This document shows positions 29,776 through 40,481 of a DNA stretch of 61,032 nucleotides, piece after piece. Position 1 is the stretch's first letter; every line of letters starts with the position of its first letter. Under the pieces are notes generated by a model, which was not told where the DNA came from, did no database searches, and saw only the letters and a program-made list of their open reading frames with translations. The stretch comes from Gammaproteobacteria bacterium. Its GTDB lineage: Bacteria > Pseudomonadota > Gammaproteobacteria > SZUA-152. The stretch is taken from positions 1-61,032 of the forward strand of contig JAADHZ010000059.1 in NCBI GenBank assembly GCA_013151575.1, written 5' to 3'. Made by a program: the position numbers and the translations under genes.

Positions 29776-31602
29776 ATGTCGCAAGTGCACATCACCGACA
29801 CCATTCTGCGCGACGCCCATCAGTCGCTACTGGCTACGCGTATGCGTACCGCAGACATGCTACCCATTTGCGAAAAACTCGATCAGATTGGTTATTGGTC
29901 GCTGGAGGTCTGGGGTGGCGCCACCTTTGACGCCTGCGTCCGTTTCCTGAAAGAGGACCCGTGGGAACGCCTGCGGCAGTTGCGCGAGGCCCTGCCCAAC
30001 ACCCGCCTACAAATGTTACTGCGCGGCCAAAACCTGCTGGGTTATCGGCATTATTCCGATGACGTTGCTAGAGAGTTCGTGAAGCTGGCAGCCCAAAACG
30101 GCATTGACGTGTTCCGTATTTTTGACGCGCTCAATGATACCCGCAACATGCGGCTGTCTATCGAAGCGGTTAAAAAAGCCGGTAAGCATGCGCAGGGCGC
30201 CATCAGCTACACCATCAGCCCCGCACATTCTATCGCGCAGTTTGTCACTATGGGCAAACAGCTTCAGGACATGGGCTGCGACAGCATCGCCATCAAAGAC
30301 ATGGCCGGTCTACTGACTCCCGACACCACCGCCGAGCTGGTCACGGCCCTGGTGGACACATTGGAAATACCGATCCATCTGCATTCCCACGCCACCGCCG
30401 GGCTGGCCAGTATGTGCCAGCTCAAAGCCGTGGAAAACGGCTGTCGACACATCGACACGGCTATTTCCAGTTTCTCCGGCGGCACCAGCCATCCTCCAAC
30501 GGAAAGCATGGTCGCCGCCTTTCGAGGCGGACAATACGACACCGGGCTCGACCTGACAGCCTTGCAGGATATTGGCTTTTATTTCCGCGAAATCCGTAAA
30601 AAATATCACCAGTTTGAAAGCGAATTCACCGGCCTCGATACCCGCGTGCAAGTCAACCAAGTGCCCGGCGGCATGATTTCCAACCTCTCCAATCAATTGC
30701 GGGAACAAAGCTCGCTGGAGCACATGACGGCCGTGCTGGAAGAAATCCCCCGAGTCCGAAAAGACCTCGGCTACCCGCCGCTGGTCACCCCCACCTCGCA
30801 AATTGTCGGCACCCAGGCGCTGCTCAATGTGCTCTCTGAGAAACGCTACCAAACCATCACCAACGAAGTGAAACTGTATTTACAGGGACGTTATGGCAAG
30901 CCCCCCGCCTCGGTGAATACTGCCGTGCGCCGACAAGCCATAGGCAATGCCGACATCGTCACCTGTCGGCCTGCCGACCTGCTGGAACCGGAAATGGACA
31001 CGCTGCGCACGGAAATTGGCGAATTGGCCAAATCCCCGGAAGATGTCATTACCTACGCCATGTTCCCCGACATCGGACGCGAGTTTTTGGAACAGCGCGC
31101 GGCGGGCACCCTAGAACCGGAACACCTGGAACCGGCCCCCGGCGAAGCACCTATTTATTGTGCCGCTGCCACCGAGTTCAACGTCGCCCTGCACGGCGAG
31201 GAATATCACATCAAGGTGACGGGCACGGGCCACAAAACGCAGGACAAGCGTGCCTTTTTCATCAAGGTCGATGGCGTGCCGGAAGAGGTGATGGTGGAGG
31301 CCCTCGATGAAATAATGCCCAATGGCAACGCAGAACCGACGCATACATCTAGCAGTAGCAAAGGTAGCCAGCGCCCCAAGGCCACCGCGCCGGGCCACGT
31401 CACCACCGCGATGCCCGGCGTGATTGTCGAGGTGTTAGTGAACATTGGCGACAAGGTCAAGGCGGGGAATCCCGTGCTGGTCACCGAAGCTATGAAAATG
31501 GAAACTGAGGTGCAGGCGCCCGTTACCGGTACAGTCAAAAACATCAATGTCGAAAAAGGCGACAGCGTAAATCCGGATGAAATATTGATGGAAATTGAAT
31601 AA
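29776..31602 (+). CDS. pycB: Pyruvate carboxylase subunit B (oxaloacetate decarboxylase alpha-like carboxyltransferase with C-terminal biotinyl domain)
   Basis: ITDTILRDAHQSLLATRMR, HSHATAG, C-terminal EAMKMETE biotinylation motif. No oadB/oadG membrane subunits are nearby. Confidence 0.8.
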   Translation: MSQVHITDTILRDAHQSLLATRMRTADMLPICEKLDQIGYWSLEVWGGATFDACVRFLKEDPWERLRQLREALPNTRLQMLLRGQNLLGYRHYSDDVAREFVKLAAQNGIDVFRIFDALNDTRNMRLSIEAVKKAGKHAQGAISYTISPAHSIAQFVTMGKQLQDMGCDSIAIKDMAGLLTPDTTAELVTALVDTLEIPIHLHSHATAGLASMCQLKAVENGCRHIDTAISSFSGGTSHPPTESMVAAFRGGQYDTGLDLTALQDIGFYFREIRKKYHQFESEFTGLDTRVQVNQVPGGMISNLSNQLREQSSLEHMTAVLEEIPRVRKDLGYPPLVTPTSQIVGTQALLNVLSEKRYQTITNEVKLYLQGRYGKPPASVNTAVRRQAIGNADIVTCRPADLLEPEMDTLRTEIGELAKSPEDVITYAMFPDIGREFLEQRAAGTLEPEHLEPAPGEAPIYCAAATEFNVALHGEEYHIKVTGTGHKTQDKRAFFIKVDGVPEEVMVEALDEIMPNGNAEPTHTSSSSKGSQRPKATAPGHVTTAMPGVIVEVLVNIGDKVKAGNPVLVTEAMKMETEVQAPVTGTVKNINVEKGDSVNPDEILMEIE

Positions 31603-31634
31603 CCGTCGTCACAAATACTTCTGCCAGCAATATG

Positions 31635-33125
31635 TCAAAGGCCCACTGATTTTTCCAGCGTGTCGGCGTATTCATTCAGCGAGTCCAGTAACGCCCGCTG
31701 TACATCGCTAAGATCACCCTGCTCGCGCAATGCGGCCATCTGCGTTCGGCACTGTTCGATGGTCAGCCCTGCGCCGTGGCTGTCTTCCGTCAGACGTTGT
31801 CGTCGAAACGCATCCCAACGCGCGCGATCATCCGCATCCAGCATGTGCGGATAATTGCGCGCACGGTAACGAAACAGCATCTCCGGCAGTCGCGCATCGC
31901 CAAACGGAAACGCTATCTCCTGCAATGCCTCCGGCCCGGCGGTATGAACGTGTTCCATGCGTTGGCGATCCTCGTTGGAAAAAAATCCACCGCTATACAA
32001 CATAAAATCCGGGTCGGTCTCAGGCTCAAAATCACGGTCTGAAAAAGCGGCCCGCAGATTTTTGATGAAATCCGGACGGCTCTGAATGACCAGTAAATAT
32101 TCCTTTGCGGTCTGCGGGTCGATGCGCCATTTTTCTGCGGCGTCCACGTTTAGCGTGGTCGCTGGCACCACCACCGGGCTTTTGTTGATGTGTACCGTCT
32201 TGACAGGCAAGCGCTCTTCGCCAGCCTTTAATTCCTGCTGCGGCGTGAACAGGCGCTCGCGCAGTTGCCCGGCATCCATTTCCAGATAGGCGGTAGGATC
32301 AACCCGCAAATCGTAAACAATGATTTCGTTTTTGTTGATGGGGTGCATGGCTAACGCTGCCACCAGCGCAATGCAGCCCTTTTCTGCTGGGTACATGGAC
32401 GAGACATGTAGCACCGGCGCAGGTGCGGACACATTCAACAGTTGGGCTACTGCTGCCTTGCTGCGATGATCAAAAAGATAATGATAAAGTCGCGGCTGAT
32501 GGCTGCGAATCAAACGGGCAACGGCAATGGTGGCGTGCACATCGGATAAGGCATCGTGCGCAGATTCGTGGGCGATGCCGTTGGCCACGGTGAGTTGATC
32601 AAGCCGAAAGCTAGGTTTACCGTCGTCCCGCTGCGGCCATTCAATGCCTTGCGGCCGCAGGGCGTGAGTCAGACGCACCACGTCGATCAAATCCCAGCGC
32701 GAATTGCCGTTTTGCCATTCGCGCGCGTAGGCGTCAAAAAAATTCCGATAGAGAGTAAAACGCGTGACTTCATCATCAAAACGTAGATTGTTGTACCCCA
32801 CCACACAGGTGTCCGGTTGCGCAAATTCCTCGTGAATACGGGCAATAAACTCGGCTTCCGGCACACCCTTTTCCAGCGCCTTCTGCGGGGTGATGCCAGT
32901 CACAAGACAGGCTTCGGGATGAGGCAGAAAATCATCTGCGGGCTTGCAATACAGACACAGCGGATCGCCGATGATGTTGAGATCGAGATCAGTGCGAACC
33001 CCGGCAAACTGTGCGGGGCGATCCCGCCGGGGGTTTACGCCAAAGGTTTCGTAATCGTGCCAGTACAGGCTAGGGCCTTGCACCTTTTTGTTACTGCTAT
33101 TTGTATTGTTACTAACATTCTGCAT
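31635..33125 (-). CDS. sbcB: Exodeoxyribonuclease I
   Basis: LYWHDYETFG (DEDDh exo motif), GYNNLRFDDEVTR, HDALSDV. Confidence 0.9.
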   Translation of the reverse strand: MQNVSNNTNSSNKKVQGPSLYWHDYETFGVNPRRDRPAQFAGVRTDLDLNIIGDPLCLYCKPADDFLPHPEACLVTGITPQKALEKGVPEAEFIARIHEEFAQPDTCVVGYNNLRFDDEVTRFTLYRNFFDAYAREWQNGNSRWDLIDVVRLTHALRPQGIEWPQRDDGKPSFRLDQLTVANGIAHESAHDALSDVHATIAVARLIRSHQPRLYHYLFDHRSKAAVAQLLNVSAPAPVLHVSSMYPAEKGCIALVAALAMHPINKNEIIVYDLRVDPTAYLEMDAGQLRERLFTPQQELKAGEERLPVKTVHINKSPVVVPATTLNVDAAEKWRIDPQTAKEYLLVIQSRPDFIKNLRAAFSDRDFEPETDPDFMLYSGGFFSNEDRQRMEHVHTAGPEALQEIAFPFGDARLPEMLFRYRARNYPHMLDADDRARWDAFRRQRLTEDSHGAGLTIEQCRTQMAALREQGDLSDVQRALLDSLNEYADTLEKSVGL

Positions 33126-33678
33126 AACCGGATCACCGCAGTGTTGTTTGAATCATGCTACCGCAGCGAAGCGACAGACGCTATTCAAACAATGCGGAGG
33201 CGGACCTTATTTTATGTGGCTTGTTACTAAGGAGTACATTGGGTAGCTGTGGATACACCCTAAATAACCTACTAGTGTAATGTCCTGAATATACACTCTG
33301 TTTAGGACCTGAGCACATCCCAGTTCCAGGCAAGACCACGCGTAGCAATTCCCACCGTCGACTGGCTACCGCCGCGGCAGAGGATCTTGAGATTTTCGAT
33401 GGTAATAACGCAACGAAAGGGTATCTCCTAGCTTTAAGCAGGCCTAACATTGAGCGGTAGGTTGTGGGGTCGGTGGAAAAAACCTGCGCCTGCGTTCCAT
33501 GCCATGAAAAAAGCAACACCAATGTGACAAACAGCTGCCACAGACTCCTCGTTCCAGGTTCCGCGTGAAAATACCTAACTGATGCTACGCACTCGTAATA
33601 AGAAATCAATAACTTATGGTTTTTCACATGATGCCACAACTCGTATTCTGGCTAAGGTCTGCGTAACACATCCGCTAA

Positions 33679-36600
33679 TTACATTGGTGACCGGATCAAT
33701 ACCCGTAGCCACCGCAGTGCCAGCATCAACATAGCAACGAAAAGCAATTCCAGCGGCCCCTGGTTTCCGCCGCCGCCAGTACCACCATCGTTATTACCAT
33801 CATCGCCTCCCTCGCCGGAGGGCGGCCTCATCAACACCGTGACGCTGGCAGTGCCAGTGACGGACTGTCCACCCAGATCACGAGCGCTGAATTGAAAACT
33901 GTCATCACCCACAAATTCAGAACTAGGGGTATACACCAGTTGATTATCAATCACCTGTGCACTCCCATTTGAGGGTTGCGAAACAATGCTGACAAGATGA
34001 GTATCAGCGACATCCGGATCGGTCACCAGTGCAAACACACCGCCACTCTGCGTGTCCTTGTACGTCGTGATACTGGCGCTGGTAGCGGTGGGCGCGCGAT
34101 TAGCAATGCTACCTCCCGCCATACGCAACAAAGCGCGTCCCGTAACCGTTCTGCGGGTACGGTTAGCGGCAGCTTCATCAGGTCGCGTCCTGCTCCAGCG
34201 ACGGTCGGGCTTGTCCCAGATTTCCAATGTGATCTCGATATCGTCGGCGTTGACCTCAGTCACCGTAGTGGGCAAGAAAACGGTGATCGTATCCGGTGAG
34301 CCATTTATCTGGGGGGTGATATCAACACCATTGGCGGTTACGCTGAAGCGGGTAAAATCAAGTGGGGAATCATCCCACAGCCCGACTAAAATACTATTCA
34401 CACTGGCACCACCTACGGGCGTGAGGGTCATCACCGGGCGCATCATGTCATTATGTACATTGAGCTTGGGCGCGCCGATATCCAACCAACGGGCAATCAG
34501 GCGTTTCTCGGCCTCCGGCATATCGGAGACGTAGGCAAGATGTTCGCCCACCTTGGGCCAGATTTCCGGGTATTCCTTACCCCTTTCGTCCACGACGACT
34601 CTGCTACCCACCGGCGGCAAGCCAGTGCGTGGGTCACGCCCATCTAAACGCTCACCATAGAGAGCCCAGACCAACATACTGGAACGTGCGCTATTGACAG
34701 AGACCCAACGTGATACCGTACAACATCGATTGCCATTACGTGAGGTTATGCGATCCCTATCGGGAGCATCAAGATCTGTGAGTCCATCTCCGGATTTGAA
34801 ACCGGAGTCGATGACAGTCCCATCCTCGCGCGTGTATTTATTCTTGATGAGCAGTTCATAGGTACGTTTACTGCCATCCAGACGCAAACCGGTGAGCTGC
34901 TGAGCCGACTCGCCTTCCGCATGACAGGAAGCACAGCGATTTTGCACAATCGCCGCAATATTATTATCCCAATCCATAGCAAAGGAACGCCGGGCTGTAG
35001 ACCCCGCCTCTCCGGGATAAGTGGCCTGGGCACTGGCAATTGTGGGGTAACCCTTAGCGTCCTCACCCACAAACAACGGAGCGCTAGTGCCAGTGAAATC
35101 ACCAAATTTGTTGATGTCGGTCTTGGCTCGCGAGGCAGAAGGATCCATTCCTTCGCGGGTATGTACGTGACAGCCTGAGCAAAACTGCTGCTCGCCACGC
35201 ACAACCGAACGTGACGCTGTTTCGATATCCAGTGCCATGCCTCGTTTATCGATGGTTTGCATCAGAAAGGGGGTATCGGCGGGTACCCGGACGATGAAGC
35301 TGGTATCCGGATGACCTTGATCATCTGTGGGCTCCACGCCGCTACCATCGGGTTTGCGCACGGGATATTCACCAAGAATTCGCAGATGATGCCGCTGAAA
35401 ACCAACCCATTTCTCTGCTCTGATATAAAGCTCAAGATCTTCAGGGATCTGTGGCACGGGCATCAGGACACGTATCCCGAAAATTTCATCATTATCAAAA
35501 ATAGCGAGTTCCGCGCCACTCACGGCAAGATTCATGTAGGTGCGACCTGACATCGCACCGCCACCGTCCCTCATATTCCATGGCGTGCCATTCAGCGAGA
35601 GAGTTTCCCTATCGTACATCGAAGCCGCGCCAGTGAGACCATAAGGCGCGCCCGCAGGCAGGCGTTGGTCCTTGGTGCCATCGTTGCTGGTAGGCGGACG
35701 GGTATTATTGGGATCGGGGCGCGCAATACCATAAATATCCTGATAACTCACTACAGCGCGTGGCATGATTTCGTGGTACTCAGGGAAATCCACGACAATC
35801 CGGGCATCATCGGCAATATGCCCTATCTGGCGAAGGCTGTTAGGTTCCAGAGGTAACAACCAGATGCCAGCATCCTTGCCTATGATTTTCATGGTCGCTT
35901 CAAGCGTAGTATCACGAAATACTGAGGAACTGATAGTAGAAGAACCACCAATGCTGTATGTGGCCAGTAAATCATTGTCAGGCGCAGCTGCGGGATGGGT
36001 GAATCGACCATTCATGGTCACGATGCGGCCCCCCACGGGGTGCACAAAATACTCCGAAGGATCATATGGGGGCATCTGCGTATCGCCCGCACCAGCGTTT
36101 GGTGTAAGACGAAACTGCTCGGGGCGGGCAAAGGGCACCAATCCAGTGCCCGATATCCAGGTATCCGGCAGCGTGGCGATCTCGTCCCCGATATGACTGC
36201 CGCGGTTAGTACGATGCACAAAATCCGGCCCCGGAGGATTCACCGGAAAACGCTCCAGTGCCCCCAGCCCGGTCTGCTGATGGTTGTAATACAAAGTAAC
36301 GACGATGTCACCGTCCGACAGCTGGGTAACGTAGTGATACGACCAAAACGTGGCGTCGTTTTTGCCCGCAAAAATAAACGGCGCGGAGCCATCGGGATTG
36401 ATCTCAAACAAGGAAAAATTATTATTGGTAGTACGTTGCAACATACGGTCGAAGTTAGTATAGACAATGCGGCCGTCCATCAAGGTGACGGGGTGCAACT
36501 GATTTTTCATGGCACGATGACTCAACACTTCCATATTTCGCCCATCACGGTCCATAGCGAACAGCTGGAACATGCCAAAACCCTCTTGGCGATTGCTGGT

Positions 36601-37356
36601 GAAACCAATGCGACCGTTAGGCATGAAAAATGGGCCTGTGTCCATCACCGGAATATTAGATGTCCATTCCAGTTCTTTTCCGGGATGAGCACGCCCAGCA
36701 AACATCTTGCTATCAGGAGCCACCTGGGTTTCAGTATTTGTCTGCAGATCGTAGATGAAAACCAGCACCGGATTAGCATAAGGTTTCAGGTCACCGTAAA
36801 GCTAATCCGCGAATAGGTTGCCACCGATTTTACCCTCCGGATCAAGCCTCATAAAGGCCTGAAAGCCTATCGCAGTAGCTCCCCTGATACCAAAATTCGA
36901 GAGAAACGTACGGGTATCAGTAAACTTGGTGTACACCACATAGCGAGCATCAAAGGAAACATTGGGGTCTGCCACCGAGCACACGGGACTTGATGTGTCA
37001 TTTTCATCGCAGTTTACCAGCACCTTCTCTGCAGCGGGGTCGCCGGGGGTCTTGCTGGAGTCATGTAGAACCAGGTCACAACCAGGCTGATGATAAATGT
37101 TGTTGGTGGCCGACAACCACAGGTCGTTGACACCGTTCCAATTCAGTAAATCCCGGGTTCCATTGCGAGAGACTGGCTCTTTGCCCCGAGGACAACGCAC
37201 GTACACCACGTCGTAATCAATACTGGCAAACTGAGCCTGATGTTGTGCCGCAGATGCTGTTTCAGACAAGCCCAAACCCACTAAAATGCCGAAAATGGCC
37301 CCTGCGGGGAGGAAATATTTGGTCATATTAAAAGGACTCATATTGAACGGATTCAT
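33679..37356 (-). CDS. Very large exported protein (TolB/PD40-like propeller, two CXXCH motifs, cadherin/Ig-like module, Gly-rich plus TM plus basic C-terminal tag), interrupted by one in-frame TAG at 36802-36804
   Basis: ORFs 36802..37419 and 33679..36768 are in the same frame, separated only by TAG: ...IGGNLFAD*LYGDLKPYANPVLVFIYDL.... Signal peptide MTKYFLPAGAIFGILVGLGLSETASA. CSGCH at 35167-35181 and CASCH at 34921-34935. The start is taken at the first of three ATGs (37356). Confidence 0.7.
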
Positions 37357-38073
37357 ACTTCTTAATTCTCCATACCAGCCAACGCGATAAAAGGGTGCCA
37401 AGTTCCCATGCATGACCATCTCGTACTTTTATTTATTTTGAGGTCGGGTACAGTTTTGAGCGTGGCAAAAACTGTCCTTAGTACCCACATGCTCGTGCTT
37501 GAGTGTGAACGTGTGCCTCACGAAAAATGACACGCTCTCTGCAGATCGGCTTCACACACCGAACCTTAATCATGAGTAAACAATTTTTGCGGCCCGCACC
37601 ACATTTTACTCACTGATGTTACGCAGACCCCAGCCAAAACATGGGGTATAGCATCACGTAAAAACTGTAAGTTATTGATTCATCACTACAAGGGTGTAAC
37701 ATCAGTTACTCAACCAGATTAGCTGGTAAGTAAACCAATGGAATTATGAAGGAAACTACTGAGCCCGTAAAAACAATAAACTACGGCAACATAACTCATC
37801 GAATAAATCTTTTCCTGCTAGGTTTAATCAACGCAGATGCTAACCAGAGATACTAAATTTGTGGTGCGTTTAACACAATTGCCCCAAAAGAAACGGCATT
37901 AATTTTCCGATAATATGGATCAATATCACCGCTACTTCGTCTATCAATAGTCGCTACCCGTACATGAATTCATATGCCTTGGCAAATCAGCACAGCTCCT
38001 GGCATTCTTTCCGTACAGCTTCACACTGATACTAACTATTTTGTAGCACGGCGCCACAGGACGATTACACGTA

Positions 38074-40452
38074 ATGAAACTCAGCAACCAAAATCTGATC
38101 GGTAAAATTTGCACAATCCTCGTATTCAGCGTCATTCTCAATGCATGTAGCAAGAGCGCTAATGATCCTAATAATGATGTTCCCACATTCCCGGCACTGC
38201 ACGTTGGAGACATTAATGTCACCGAAGGTAACTCCGGCACCACGACGGCAGAATTCACTATCACCCTGTCTACCGACAGCACTGATACTGTTACAGTCGA
38301 TTATGCAACCAGTGGCACTACCGCCACTGCTCCGGATGATTATCAAAGCAAAACCGGTACTCTATCCTTTGCTCCCGGAGAAACCAGCAAGACGGTTACG
38401 GTCAATGTGGTTGCTGATACTAATATGGAACCCGATGAAATATTCAAACTGACCTTATCCAACCCCAGCAATGCACAGATAAACAAGGCTGTTGGTATGG
38501 CGACTATCATTAACGACGATGTTTCCGCACTCCCGGCATTACAAATTGGAGGCACCAGTATCACTGAAGGTAACTCCGGCACTACGACAGCAGAATTCAC
38601 CATCACCCTGTCTACCAGCAGCACTGATACTGTTACGATCGATTATGCAACCAGCGACATTACCGCCACTGCACCGGATGATTATCAAGGCAAAAACGGC
38701 ACCTTATCCTTTGCCCCTGGGGAAACCAGCAAAACGATTACTGTCAATGTGATTACTGATGTCATCGCAGAACTTGATGAAACATTCAAGATGACGTTAT
38801 CTAATCCCGGCAATGCTAACTTAAACGACGCTGTTGGTGTAACAACCATCATCAACGACGATACAGATTCGACAGTATTGTTATCTAACCCCGGCCCACA
38901 GTCGTTTGACGAGGAACAGGAATACACTATTGACATCACAGCCCGACAGAGTGCCCGAATCTTTGTCAGCGGCATGCCGCCGGGGATGCACTGGGATGAA
39001 GTTAACCGCCGCTTCGATTTTCGCCCGGATTTCATCCAGGGCGGAAAATCGTGGCAGGTAACACTGGAAGCAGTGGATGGCGCTGAAACTGAAACCGAAA
39101 TATTCAAGGTGACCGTCAATAATACCATCCAGCCCCCGTGGCCCGAGGTGCTTGGCGAACCCCAGCAACTAACCGGTGTACTCAAATATGCGATGCGTCA
39201 GATAACCGATGACTTTCTGGACAGCCCTGGCTACGCAGGCCGCGAGTTCAAGGCAAATTTAGCCATACCCACGGCAGCCAGTTCGACCAACCTGCTGCCC
39301 GTAAGGATTGGATTGCATGGTTTTGGTGGCAGTCCCGGCACGGTGGGGAGAGCGGGTTTCTTTGGAATTGCACCCCACGACGCTAACAACACTTGGTGGA
39401 CCGGTTACAGCGATCAACGGCCTGATGGCGCAATAAACATAGGCACCGTTCCAAATTACACCCAGCGCAGAGTGATGCATCTGCTCTCCTATCTGACGGA
39501 GGGTTGCCCGGGGATGAAGGATGGCTGTCCCGGCGCTGATCCTGAGCGTGTCATGGTCATGGGTCAATCCATGGGGGGTACCGGCAGCTATTTTCTGGCG
39601 ATTAACTATGGCTACCATCTTGCGGGAGTAAGTTCCCGCATTGGTGCAACCACTCCCTATTTTTTAAGCCCTGGAGGGCGGGATGGACTTACCCGCTTTC
39701 ATTGGGGATCAGTAGACATCGGGTTGCCAAGTGACACTGGAGTAGACGTTTGGGCTCTGTACGACTCCAGTCGTGCTGCGCTAGAAAACAGACACTTTCG
39801 CAACCTTCACTTTAGTGCGATAAACGGCAAACTGGATCCCACCATTCCGTTCAGTTCCATGGTGAGTCTCAGCCCAGTAACAAACAAATCTTTCCTTGCA
39901 ACCCTACAAAATGAAGGTATTGGACACCTTATCGTTTGGGATCAACGAAGCCATTCCAATACAGAGGGCCCACCTCTAGGCGCAAACTGGTGGAACCCGC
40001 TGGACGAAATTTCTTTCCTAAGCCGCAATCTGGCATTTCCCGCCTTTTCGAATGGTTCAGCAGACGAAGAGGCTGGAGAACCAGATGGTCAGGGAGGATA
40101 CACGGGGGCCTTGCGAGGCACTAAAAATCGTTACTTGCGATGGGATAGTGCAAATATTATCGATACACGTAACCAGCTAAGCATGCCAATTAAAGCGGAT
40201 ATCGATACGACAGGAACACCGCCCGATTTAGGGTACCCACCAAAAGGAAATAACTATTACGGACAGCTCCCAATTACCGCGGATGTAACAATACGTCGTA
40301 TTCAGCAATTTCAGATGCTGCCAGGGGAAACCATCCAGTGGAGTTACAATGGAAAGTCTGGAACAGTGTCTGCTAATGATGACGCTTCAGTAACTGTGCC
40401 CAGCTTAGAAATGACAACAAGCTTTACCCCTCTTGTTTTCACCCGGCCCTGA
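38074..40452 (+). CDS. Lipoprotein with two Calx-beta domains, an Ig-like module and a C-terminal alpha/beta-hydrolase (esterase/peptidase-like) domain
   Basis: Lipobox-like ILVFSVILNAC. Two 114-aa repeats contain ...VDYATS..TATAPDDYQ.K.GTLSFAPGETSKT.TVNV... (Calx-beta signature). IGLHGFGGSPG oxyanion-type motif and VMVMGQSMGGTG nucleophile elbow (Ser codon 39568-39570). Confidence 0.8.
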   Translation: MKLSNQNLIGKICTILVFSVILNACSKSANDPNNDVPTFPALHVGDINVTEGNSGTTTAEFTITLSTDSTDTVTVDYATSGTTATAPDDYQSKTGTLSFAPGETSKTVTVNVVADTNMEPDEIFKLTLSNPSNAQINKAVGMATIINDDVSALPALQIGGTSITEGNSGTTTAEFTITLSTSSTDTVTIDYATSDITATAPDDYQGKNGTLSFAPGETSKTITVNVITDVIAELDETFKMTLSNPGNANLNDAVGVTTIINDDTDSTVLLSNPGPQSFDEEQEYTIDITARQSARIFVSGMPPGMHWDEVNRRFDFRPDFIQGGKSWQVTLEAVDGAETETEIFKVTVNNTIQPPWPEVLGEPQQLTGVLKYAMRQITDDFLDSPGYAGREFKANLAIPTAASSTNLLPVRIGLHGFGGSPGTVGRAGFFGIAPHDANNTWWTGYSDQRPDGAINIGTVPNYTQRRVMHLLSYLTEGCPGMKDGCPGADPERVMVMGQSMGGTGSYFLAINYGYHLAGVSSRIGATTPYFLSPGGRDGLTRFHWGSVDIGLPSDTGVDVWALYDSSRAALENRHFRNLHFSAINGKLDPTIPFSSMVSLSPVTNKSFLATLQNEGIGHLIVWDQRSHSNTEGPPLGANWWNPLDEISFLSRNLAFPAFSNGSADEEAGEPDGQGGYTGALRGTKNRYLRWDSANIIDTRNQLSMPIKADIDTTGTPPDLGYPPKGNNYYGQLPITADVTIRRIQQFQMLPGETIQWSYNGKSGTVSANDDASVTVPSLEMTTSFTPLVFTRP
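38188..38871 (+). repeat. 2 x 342-bp in-frame tandem repeat (Calx-beta modules)
   Basis: The units FPALHVGDINVTEGNSGTTTAEFTITLS... and LPALQIGGTSITEGNSGTTTAEFTITLS... are clearly similar at DNA level. Confidence 0.85.
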
Positions 40453-40481
40453 CAAATCACAGACACGAACGGAATCAGATG

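Noticed and set aside
33181-33639. 152-aa minus-strand ORF in the gap between the giant gene and sbcB.
   Set aside because: It has no recognisable motif and an odd composition, and the region is AT-rich with many stops in the other frames. A 10-bp inverted repeat (TTGTTTGAAT at 33148-33157 and ATTCAAACAA at 33184-33193) is present, but I cannot assign it a function.
36802-36804. Pyrrolysine or other programmed recoding of the TAG in the giant gene.
   Set aside because: No pyl genes or recoding element are visible, and this is not expected in this type of bacterium. A nonsense mutation or base-call error is the simpler reading, so it is kept only as a check under the finding.
37746-37856. 36-codon plus-strand ORF (MKETTEPVKTINYGN...) inside the AT-rich divergent control region.
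   Set aside because: It has no SD, no motif and no coding signal, and such ORFs arise by chance in AT-rich DNA.
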